DNA from: a virus
Lineage: Duplodnaviria; Caudoviricetes
Length of the DNA: 44,494 nt
Reading direction: 5' to 3' (one strand)
IMG/VR virus record: IMGVR_UViG_3300036719_002132
Coordinates: 1-44,494 of that record
Position numbers and translations under genes: made by a program. Below, in pieces: positions 36,201-43,931 of this stretch (position 1 is the stretch's first letter; each line of letters begins with the position of its first letter). A model generated the notes under the pieces. It searched no databases. It saw nothing but the letters and a program-made list of their open reading frames with translations, and had not been told where the DNA came from.

Positions 36201-39200
36201 ACGCTCTGCCCAAAACTCCAAGCGCTCCTTTTCTGCCAGCAAAGCCTTGTCCAACATCTTTTAGAGCGCCTCCTATTAGTAGACCGCTAGCTATCTGAGA
36301 GCCAACACTCGAAAGAGAATTAGCAAATTTACCCAAACCAGTTGTCGTGTTGCCAACGGTAGATTGCAAAACCGAAAGCGAAGTGTTTAATGCGCTAAAT
36401 AATAAAACAGATTTTAAAAGATCTGGTTGTTTTGCCTGCGGCTGTGCCTGCTGATTCGCAGATTGTTGTATGGCTTTGTCACTCATGAACTTGCCACCAA
36501 CATTTTCGCCATCAATTATAGTGCCTTTTGGATACTGTTGTCTACCAGCAGCATAGTTAGGAATCTTTCCGTTTGGCTCGTCTCTTGTATTAATTACTGC
36601 AAGTCCATTTGGATTTTGCGAATTCTTCAAACGACCGTCTTGTGTAACGCGAATTTTGCTTGGGCTTACGCCAGCTGCCATTTCGCGACCGATTGCGTCG
36701 CCTAAAGCGCCAGCAGCGAAGTTAGGAATAAAACCATAAGAAGCTCTTTTAGCTGTTAAGCTCGTATCTCTAGTTAGTTTATTTGAAAGTACCTGTGTCG
36801 CGAACCTTCTTTTAATTGACTCCGATTCCGATCCTTTAAGATCTGCGGCAGATTCGCCACCGCTAATATTAAAAACTCTTTTTAATGTTTGGCCAGCGGT
36901 CGAAGAGAGGTTGGGAAAGTCTAAGGTATTGTCTTGCACTTCTCTTACCGATTCTGGATACGTCAATGCTCTCACTGACGCTTCGAACAAGCCACCAGCT
37001 AAACCCTCTAAAGCAGCTTTTGCTCCGAAGCTTTTATTGAAAGCTTGATCGTAAATAGCGTTAGATACCTGTTCTCCAGAAAGCTGGCTTGCAAACGCCA
37101 CTCCAAGATTATCTACTTGACCCTTTAATACTTTTGAAAACTCAGGGATTTTGCCGTTGTTCTTTGTCTGCTGCCTTAAAGCGGCTTCATTAAGTCCATA
37201 AATAGGGAATTCTACAGCAGAATATGCTTCGCTAAATGGTGGTTTTGGTTCAGCTGAACTGAATTTCGGAAACGAACTTGGGACCAACATCGCTGCTCTT
37301 CCAATAGACGATGCTGTTTTTCTAGCTTGTCTTGATCTATTGTATTGATCAAGCTCGACAGAAGTCATTTGTCTATAGCCAGCTTTTAGAAGATTTTCTG
37401 GACTATTTCTGCCTCTAAAACCAGCACCAAGACTAGTGATTATATTTTTTCTACCTTCTGGTGGCGTTCCAGTACCAGCGTAAATATATGCCGCATTCGC
37501 TTCTGCAAAATTTGGTATATAGCCTCTAGCTCCGCGAACCATTTGAAAATTAGCTGCATTTCGCTTCACTTTTGACAAAAAGTCAAACTGATTCATCGGC
37601 GCATAAACTGAACCAGCTATTTGCTTCTTGCTTCTTAAGTCTCCTTCTTGTGGACCCAATCCTACTCGACCCACTCGTCGAGAATAGATGTCCATATTCT
37701 TAGCGTAGATATAGGACACTTTACCGCCAGACGCATTAACAGCTTCAACTATTTGTTGAAAATTCTTTGAAACTCCTCCCTCTTTTGTTCTAGCGGCCCC
37801 AGAGATAATATCTATTTCGCTTGCATCTCCGAGTTGAGCTACGTTTGTTATAAAAGAGCCTAAACCCGAACCGTAAGTTGTTTTTCCAGAACCAGCGGGA
37901 CCAACGATTAAATTCTTTTTTGCTCTAGATGCTAAAATAGCTTTCAACAGCGCATTTTTATCAGCAACGATTCTATCAGAATCGTAAACATATCTCGCAA
38001 AATTAGGAATATACCCACCCGAAGCCGTTATCTTTTTCGCTCCAGATGGCAAGCCATACGCCTTGGCCATGTTTTGATTAAAGATGGCCGATCCACCATT
38101 TGCAAAATTCGGCACAATGTACTCGCTTGTGTTTGCGACCATCGTCCCACGCTTTCCGCCGCCAAATGCAAAATTTGGAATCGAGACTACTTTAGATGAT
38201 GGACTCGCGCCGCCAACTCCGCGTCGAATATCCGCCGCCTCTTGACTTGGCAAATAACCGCCAGCAGCGCGGCGTCTAACTGAACCCGAAGTCGCGCTAA
38301 GGCCAGCGCCCATTAATGCTGGAGCTACTGACTGAGCGATATTTTGCACTTTTTGTAGTGCGGCAATCTGTTGGTTGTAAATGCTTAGTAAATACTGTTC
38401 TTGCTTCGCTCTATTTCCGCTTAAGCTAAGAATCGTCGCCATCACTTGCTGATCTTTAATCAGCGTGTTTACGACTGCTTGCTCAAGAGCTTGCCGCTCT
38501 CTCACTTGTTTGTTGATTCCAAGAATAGTTTTTAGCGATTCAACACCAAACTGCGCGATATCTCTTGTCAGCTTGATAAAGATGGCTCCGATAATTGGGA
38601 GACCAACTGTAAAAAATACATCGCTAATGCCCTTGATAAGACCTTTTGCGATATTACCGCCGATGCTTTCTGAATCCAACAGCTTGTTAAATCCAGCCAG
38701 AAGGTCGTTAACAAAATTTAAAATACTAGTTAAGCTTTGCGTAACGCCTAATTGAGCAAGCTTATCAAATAGCTGAGTAACAGAAACCTGAGTATTGTTG
38801 ATTACCGCTGCAAGGGTTTTATTTAATTCGATTTGTCGATCATAAGCCTCGGTCGAAGCTTGAGCGGATTTTTCCAAAGCTCCCGTAAATCGGCTTTGTT
38901 GATCTGCCAAATCCGCTGTTAAAGCCGAAAGAATGTTAATGTTGTATTTGCTTGCAACAGTTTCTAGGACTTGAATACGCTGACCCTCGCCAAGTCCTTG
39001 TAATGTTACCGAAAGTTCTTTTAAAACTTCAAGAGCAGGCTTTAGTTCGCCTTGGACATTTAATGACTCTACGCCGATATCGCGAAGAGCCTTAATCGCC
39101 TGCTCTGATCGCAAGTTCGTGAAAATAGTTTTAAAGGCGTTACCGATAACGGCACCACCACGCGCAGTTCTTTCTTGAACTGCCGTAACTGCCGCGTTGA

Positions 39201-39891
39201 GTTCATCTAACGAAACTCCAGCCTCGATACCTACGGAGCCTACACGCGAGATAGCTTTAGCAAGGTCAGCAGCAGAAACGGCGTAGGCAGAGTCAACAGC
39301 AACGAGCTTATTTAAGATTTCAGCCGTCGTAATTCCAGTTTCTTGGAACGAATTGAAAGCGGCAGTTAAAGTATCTACAGAGTCGGCGGCGCTTAAACCA
39401 GTAAAACGACTGAGCGTCAAAGCGTCGTTCGTGCGCTTAATAGTTTCCTCGACAGTCAAGCCTTGACGAGAGAACTCTAGAGCCGCTTGAGTCGCAGTTT
39501 GAAACGACTGAGCGGTATTTCTAGCTACGTCGAAAATACCGTCGCTTAAATTTTGCAACTCTCTGCCAGTAGCTCCGCTGATTGCGGCAATATCGGCAAG
39601 GGCTTTTTGAACCTCGATGCCAGTCCTAACTAAACTCGAAAGAGCGTTTTGAACGCCATTGATAATACCTACCGACGCACCGAACGCCAAAACACGGGCA
39701 TTTGATGCAGCAATAGACTTTTCAAATTCGGTTGCTAGTCCAGTAATTCTTCCGAGTGGCTGCGAAAGATTCTTAAAAGCCGTTGGGTTGATATTAACGG
39801 GAACATTGATAGCTCCTACGTTCTTAACAGCAGCATTGATAGACTGCTGTAAACCACTCTGCGTGACTGGGACTTGAATTCCTTTGGCCAT
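33259..39891 (-). CDS. Tail tape measure protein with inserted enzyme-like cargo domains
   Basis: TP901-type core (EFSRQGL, DELNA.V..VQE.TARGGAVIGNAFKTIF), long coiled coil, C-terminal DDVPAMLTGGEFV motifs, repeated IPNFA motif. Confidence 0.92.
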   Translation of the reverse strand: MAKGIQVPVTQSGLQQSINAAVKNVGAINVPVNINPTAFKNLSQPLGRITGLATEFEKSIAASNARVLAFGASVGIINGVQNALSSLVRTGIEVQKALADIAAISGATGRELQNLSDGIFDVARNTAQSFQTATQAALEFSRQGLTVEETIKRTNDALTLSRFTGLSAADSVDTLTAAFNSFQETGITTAEILNKLVAVDSAYAVSAADLAKAISRVGSVGIEAGVSLDELNAAVTAVQERTARGGAVIGNAFKTIFTNLRSEQAIKALRDIGVESLNVQGELKPALEVLKELSVTLQGLGEGQRIQVLETVASKYNINILSALTADLADQQSRFTGALEKSAQASTEAYDRQIELNKTLAAVINNTQVSVTQLFDKLAQLGVTQSLTSILNFVNDLLAGFNKLLDSESIGGNIAKGLIKGISDVFFTVGLPIIGAIFIKLTRDIAQFGVESLKTILGINKQVRERQALEQAVVNTLIKDQQVMATILSLSGNRAKQEQYLLSIYNQQIAALQKVQNIAQSVAPALMGAGLSATSGSVRRRAAGGYLPSQEAADIRRGVGGASPSSKVVSIPNFAFGGGKRGTMVANTSEYIVPNFANGGSAIFNQNMAKAYGLPSGAKKITASGGYIPNFARYVYDSDRIVADKNALLKAILASRAKKNLIVGPAGSGKTTYGSGLGSFITNVAQLGDASEIDIISGAARTKEGGVSKNFQQIVEAVNASGGKVSYIYAKNMDIYSRRVGRVGLGPQEGDLRSKKQIAGSVYAPMNQFDFLSKVKRNAANFQMVRGARGYIPNFAEANAAYIYAGTGTPPEGRKNIITSLGAGFRGRNSPENLLKAGYRQMTSVELDQYNRSRQARKTASSIGRAAMLVPSSFPKFSSAEPKPPFSEAYSAVEFPIYGLNEAALRQQTKNNGKIPEFSKVLKGQVDNLGVAFASQLSGEQVSNAIYDQAFNKSFGAKAALEGLAGGLFEASVRALTYPESVREVQDNTLDFPNLSSTAGQTLKRVFNISGGESAADLKGSESESIKRRFATQVLSNKLTRDTSLTAKRASYGFIPNFAAGALGDAIGREMAAGVSPSKIRVTQDGRLKNSQNPNGLAVINTRDEPNGKIPNYAAGRQQYPKGTIIDGENVGGKFMSDKAIQQSANQQAQPQAKQPDLLKSVLLFSALNTSLSVLQSTVGNTTTGLGKFANSLSSVGSQIASGLLIGGALKDVGQGFAGRKGALGVLGRASGYAGIAGAVVGGGIGIFQELEASREAKRQAITSKAIEESNRELNNISASSLNLDEQKVRALEKQKKEIDEVERIGKAIAQNQQDLSKAQSGPFAFYGDLAAAPVYTQSEEEVRLQNERLDLEKQLNAAVAKEETTQAAIDEITRSIANNRDRIAKEQKKMAEETERMVALERAFQEISLSVLKGDNERLKTRALLNAEQIKNAANLNDFQKQELDLQNKIENIREESTQKQRDALDSSIERIAEENGLASITLEQADALRKVLKTGGQIADNAEIIKNLGIQNASTINREARKLAIATALEKERTRGLVERTKITETALIEADSTLKLFEAQNERLSQQAQTLREIQKIQKERANFTQESGLQLQIEQLRSGIAQRGTVSPTQSRRILELTKELDFLKQRNQIEAKYAIDQQSSLDQAKSKFVDIVRDSSFFSKTEQDRLVLFASQAKSIDELSGKYKSAFGSQEFEGLTLDTIKLYGELSIKLSDSTKAIKENLNLSEQEKQIALQLLNIEEKRRDRQLEIAKIRERSRVGAGVATALDELQVESEDFTENLAKSTTFAFRDGLSEALNAAISQTDNLGDALQNVARNFLQTLQGQFLQGAATNITKGLGSLFSGSNGGIVKKYAGGGPVIGGSGYKDDVPAMLTGGEFVMRKSAVQKYGMENLAKMNDGGIFLPGVRGGRDIVGYGDLTRFAKQTTTSGATDIMRGGASSAFIDLEDQSARLSRFGLLNDDTINQEIRSAQEQALGIIREREQYRTQQRKAFQQQLFSTVAAAALNFGVNSLMGGAKTSQPPSTIKSGGVGLASAKNFKNTLGTSASGPMAFGKFTSSIVKGVPYKAYGGLMPRYAAGGPTDDIPALLMGGEYVMSRQSTRKYGKQFFDAINQGRAPRFANGGMVSTETDTSLGDKFDNLSSKLETTAGSNISININVTNGGATETQTQGETTRGGIDYKKMGDQIRQVVIQTINEEKRLGGSLRSR

Positions 39892-39925
39892 CCTTTAACC
39901 TTTAGGGATATTTACACCCAAAAGA

Positions 39926-40918
39926 TTAAGCCTCACCATGTAATTTCATTAGCTCTTCCATATTCATAACTTTCTTTTCGCGCATGATTTGGTTGAGAGA
40001 CTTGCCTTTTTCTGCCCCCGCTGGCAATTCTTCCTTAGTTGCCCCGAAAACCATCTCGGCACTCGCCTTTTCGTTGTTCTTTTTCTTCGAATCGAAGCGT
40101 TCTTTTGCCTTTGTTTTATCAACGTACTGTAATAAAGCCTCTGGATCTTGACGAATATTGTCGGGAATATTCGGAGTATTCTCGAAGATATTTTTAAAAA
40201 TCTTGCCGTAAATGATCAATCGCGCCTGAAAGTCTGTCAGTTCGATCATTGGCTTGCCAAAAAATTCTGTTGGCGTTTCTAAAACGAGAAAGTAAATATT
40301 AAAAAAGTCAGCGAGTACGATTTTCTGCAAATTAGATTCGTCCATCTCGGTCATGTACTCGTTATAAAACAAGATGTAGCCGATCAACTCCTCGTAAGAA
40401 ATATCTTCAAATTCGTTCTGAGAGAAAAATCTTTTTGTCAAAGCCTCGTCTCGATAAAAGCTTTCATAGATAACGTAATCGTTCGATCTATTGCTTGCGT
40501 ACTCTTCGGCAGTTTTACCGAGAATCTCGCGCCGCTCATTAATCTTGCGCCTTAATTTATTTCTCTCTTCGGTGATCTGTTCGTTTATCGCGTTGATCTC
40601 TAGCGTTTTGAACAAGCTCTTTCTAGTCGCAACGAGTCTGTCGATATAGTTTTTGCTATTATCGATTTGCCTCTCGTCTTCGTCGCTCCAAAAACCTTCT
40701 TCTATTGCCTTTTTTAGAGCTTCTTCTTCGGTAGCTATTCCAGACTCGGTTGCGTGCTTAAAGAACTCTTGGTAACGATAGTCGAAAAACGACTTTTCGT
40801 TAATTCCAAGATGTTTGATGTAAATATCTTTTCCCTCGAAACTTCTTTTAGCGTATCCCTTGGATATCTCAAAGAATAAGAGAAAAAGTTTACTTGCTGT
40901 CTGGCTTGTCTTGCTCAA
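39926..40918 (-). CDS. Putative tail assembly chaperone (second)
   Basis: Directly upstream of the TMP; TTG start; helical and charged. Confidence 0.55.
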   Translation of the reverse strand: MSKTSQTASKLFLLFFEISKGYAKRSFEGKDIYIKHLGINEKSFFDYRYQEFFKHATESGIATEEEALKKAIEEGFWSDEDERQIDNSKNYIDRLVATRKSLFKTLEINAINEQITEERNKLRRKINERREILGKTAEEYASNRSNDYVIYESFYRDEALTKRFFSQNEFEDISYEELIGYILFYNEYMTEMDESNLQKIVLADFFNIYFLVLETPTEFFGKPMIELTDFQARLIIYGKIFKNIFENTPNIPDNIRQDPEALLQYVDKTKAKERFDSKKKNNEKASAEMVFGATKEELPAGAEKGKSLNQIMREKKVMNMEELMKLHGEA

Positions 40919-41636
40919 TGTCCTTGTCTAGCTTTTCGAAATCTTCCTTTGATGCGTTCTTGCTAAAATACCAGAAAGACATGAACGTTGCGACTTTACG
41001 ATAGACCTTTGAGTAAAGAGGGTCTTCCTTTTCATCCATTTCGTGCAGCGATTCGATCTTCTGCTCTAAAGAGGAACCGGGGAACATAGGATCAATCGAG
41101 CCGTCAGGAATCTTTTGCTTGTGCGTCATGTACAAACAGAACCAACGAATAACATTATTCTGGGCGATTGTATCTGCTGTATTAGAGAATAAGTTGAGGT
41201 ACAAAGACTCAAGCTCGATTACTCGCTGTCTCGATTTAATAATATCAGCGATGATCGCATCTTCTTCTTGCTGATTGCGACCTTCTACTCTCGCAACAGC
41301 TTTCAAATACTCCTGCTGTCGCTTTTCGATATAAGCAAACAGCTTCGTCATTTCGACGGCATCATCTTCGGACATCAAACCGCCCGTGTCCGAATACTTC
41401 TTAACTAACATGCCCTTTGTTAAAATACCCTTTTTGATACAGTTGGACATCTCGATGCTGAATTGCAAATCGGCATCTTCGATGTTTTTACGAGACGGCT
41501 GCTTAAGAATAATTCGATAAGGAACCTCTTCCTTGACCTTTTGAGTCGTAGTTACGGTCTTGCCGTCCTCTTCTCGGGTTTCGGTCTTTTCGACTTCTTC
41601 TTCTAGGTTAACCGTGAAGCTGTATAGTTCTTTCAT
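40890..41636 (-). CDS. Putative tail assembly chaperone (first)
   Basis: Position before the TMP; acidic helical protein, RIILKQPSR. Confidence 0.55.
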   Translation of the reverse strand: MKELYSFTVNLEEEVEKTETREEDGKTVTTTQKVKEEVPYRIILKQPSRKNIEDADLQFSIEMSNCIKKGILTKGMLVKKYSDTGGLMSEDDAVEMTKLFAYIEKRQQEYLKAVARVEGRNQQEEDAIIADIIKSRQRVIELESLYLNLFSNTADTIAQNNVIRWFCLYMTHKQKIPDGSIDPMFPGSSLEQKIESLHEMDEKEDPLYSKVYRKVATFMSFWYFSKNASKEDFEKLDKDIEQDKPDSK

Positions 41637-41638
41637 TT

Positions 41639-41935
41639 TTATTGTTTAAATGTATGGTGAAATTCGACGCGAACTTGTTCTAGCTCAGAGGCTAGTTTTC
41701 TAAGTGATTCATTACCAATATCTAGCACGCGCTTACGCAGGTGCGCGACTTTACTGTCGTCTAGGTAATTAGCCTGCTTAACTACAGGTTTGAAGTTATC
41801 GGGCGCAGATTCAAGCAATAGGGCGAATTGCCTATCATGTTCATGCTTAATATCTTCCAAAATCATTAACATCCTTTTGAACAAGTCAGAAGTGTTAACC
41901 CTAACCCTATCATGGAGATATTCTTTGCCCGTCAT
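41639..41935 (-). CDS. Hypothetical protein
   Basis: Start moved to MTGKEYL, with AAGG upstream. Confidence 0.7.
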   Translation of the reverse strand: MTGKEYLHDRVRVNTSDLFKRMLMILEDIKHEHDRQFALLLESAPDNFKPVVKQANYLDDSKVAHLRKRVLDIGNESLRKLASELEQVRVEFHHTFKQ

Positions 41936-41988
41936 AACCTTTTGCCTTACTATATAATAAATTAAACATAAAAAGTGTAAAGTGAAAT

Positions 41989-42444
41989 ATGGCGACATCG
42001 TATATTTCGGACTCTCAAAAAGCCTATATCAATAGTATTTTCGACGACGTTTTTGAGACGTTCCAGCGGAGCATCACGGTCATTATGAACCCTGAGATGA
42101 CAATTTTAACCACATCCCCTAGTTACAATGCATTCTATGGAGCCGACGATTCCCGTGCCGTTAACGAACCAACGTACACTACAAAGTCGTATACGTTTAA
42201 AGCAAAAATTAGATATCTGTCTAACGAGAAGCCCATGTATCCCGGATCAACTAATCAAACACGAATGTTGTATCCCGCAGGAACAGTTAAGATTAAAGTT
42301 GACGCAGCTGCGTGGCCTTTCTTAAAAGAAGCTCGCAAAGTCGAGTTTGATGGCCGACGCTATCAAATCAGTTCAGACTACAAGCCGAATGGTATGTTCG
42401 GTCCAAGATATTATTCGTTTCTTTTGACTCCAATCAACGAGTAA
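41989..42444 (+). CDS. Putative head-tail adaptor/closure protein
   Basis: Size, position, beta-rich VEFDGRRYQI; GTGTAAA 7 nt upstream. Confidence 0.55.
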   Translation: MATSYISDSQKAYINSIFDDVFETFQRSITVIMNPEMTILTTSPSYNAFYGADDSRAVNEPTYTTKSYTFKAKIRYLSNEKPMYPGSTNQTRMLYPAGTVKIKVDAAAWPFLKEARKVEFDGRRYQISSDYKPNGMFGPRYYSFLLTPINE

Positions 42445-42445
42445 C

Positions 42446-43054
42446 ATGGCTTCTCTACCACGCGAAGTTGAAAGAGCGATTAGAAAACAGTCTGGTCGCT
42501 ACATTCAGCAGTCTTACGAAAAACAAATTACTGCGCGATTTAATACAATCAAGCGCAGAATGATTTCCGAGTTTTTGAATCATCCTGTTACAAAGGAAAT
42601 TGCAGGCGGCGCTTCTGCTACGAACATTAGCGGAACTCTCGGAGGCTACGGCAATCTTTTTTCGTACATTGGTTTTTACGACGGCGACGATCCAATTTCT
42701 GCTGTTTTACAACTTTTTGAAAAAACAACGATTCAGTTTGGTGGGCTTATCGACAATGGAGCGCAGTGGAATATTTTTATGCCTGCTCGCGAAGACATTT
42801 GGGAAGCTTCTCCGATGCCGTGGGCCGCTGGCAGAAGCTGGGCCAAGGGAATCGAGACGGGAATTTCGGGCGTAGGACAGTATCTTTACGACCAAAGATT
42901 AAAGACGGCGAACTCTCGTTCTGGCACCGCTATTCAATCGGAAGGTAAAATTCGCGGAAAAAGTCGATTTAAAAATGTAAAATACATTAGCGCAATCCTT
43001 GCAAAATACGAAAAAGAATTCTCCACTCTAGATGAAACCGCAATACCAGCATAA
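42446..43054 (+). CDS. Putative neck/tail-completion protein
   Basis: Basic protein lying between the adaptor and the terminator-like gene. Confidence 0.5.
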   Translation: MASLPREVERAIRKQSGRYIQQSYEKQITARFNTIKRRMISEFLNHPVTKEIAGGASATNISGTLGGYGNLFSYIGFYDGDDPISAVLQLFEKTTIQFGGLIDNGAQWNIFMPAREDIWEASPMPWAAGRSWAKGIETGISGVGQYLYDQRLKTANSRSGTAIQSEGKIRGKSRFKNVKYISAILAKYEKEFSTLDETAIPA

Positions 43055-43877
43055 TGTAACAACGTCTTTCGCACTTTGGCTAGACCATTATCTTTTAGAT
43101 AAGGGCGAAGCGTATACCAATAAAACTGGTCGTTTTTATTACTATCAAGACGCTCGTCTTCCGTCGAATTTTAAAGCTTTCGGCACGTCTTATCGCCAAT
43201 GGGTCTACGACTCTAGCATCACTGGAGCGACCGTTCCTAGCGGCGTTTTTATCAATTCGACGTTCGTACCACGCTCAAGCAGTCTTAAAATCGACTATTT
43301 GAACGGTCGCGTTTTAGCTACTGGAACGGGCGTTCTGACGGGAGCTTCTGTGACTGGCAGGTTCGCAGTTAAAGACTTCAATATTTACCTTTCGAACGAG
43401 AACGAGGAAGATTTGATTATCGAGAACAATGCTGCCGCAGACAAGAAGTTTCCTTGGACTGGGGTCAACTATCTCCCCCCATACGATCAGACGCTTCCAG
43501 CGATCTATATAATGCCAGATTCGTTCGAAAACTCGCCGTTCTCATTCGGTGGTGAAGACGAAACTCGCTCGATGATGCGTTCGATAGTCTTTGCCGATGA
43601 TCCATACTCGTTGGATGGGGTTTTGTCTATATTTGCCGACTCTAAGAATCGCGTTTTCAAACAAAAAGACTTTGCGAATTACCCTATCAATGAATATGGC
43701 GATTTAAAATCGCCGCCCTTCTCTTTCGACGACTACTATACGAATCCAGACCCTAGCGTTGAGCTATTTGTTGATGACGTAACCGTTTCCAAGTTCAAAG
43801 ATTCTCGCGGGGCGGCTCGTTCGTATATCGGCTTCATGGATTTCGAGATTATTAAATATAGATATCCAAGGGCTTAA
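43032..43877 (+). CDS. Putative tail terminator/completion protein
   Basis: LPAIYI...PFSFGG motif; directly before the major tail tube gene. Confidence 0.55.
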   Translation: MKPQYQHNVTTSFALWLDHYLLDKGEAYTNKTGRFYYYQDARLPSNFKAFGTSYRQWVYDSSITGATVPSGVFINSTFVPRSSSLKIDYLNGRVLATGTGVLTGASVTGRFAVKDFNIYLSNENEEDLIIENNAAADKKFPWTGVNYLPPYDQTLPAIYIMPDSFENSPFSFGGEDETRSMMRSIVFADDPYSLDGVLSIFADSKNRVFKQKDFANYPINEYGDLKSPPFSFDDYYTNPDPSVELFVDDVTVSKFKDSRGAARSYIGFMDFEIIKYRYPRA

Positions 43878-43931
43878 CTGTTCCATTTGGGTATAAAAAA
43901 ATGTAAAGTATTTAAAACCTTCTTCTAACTT

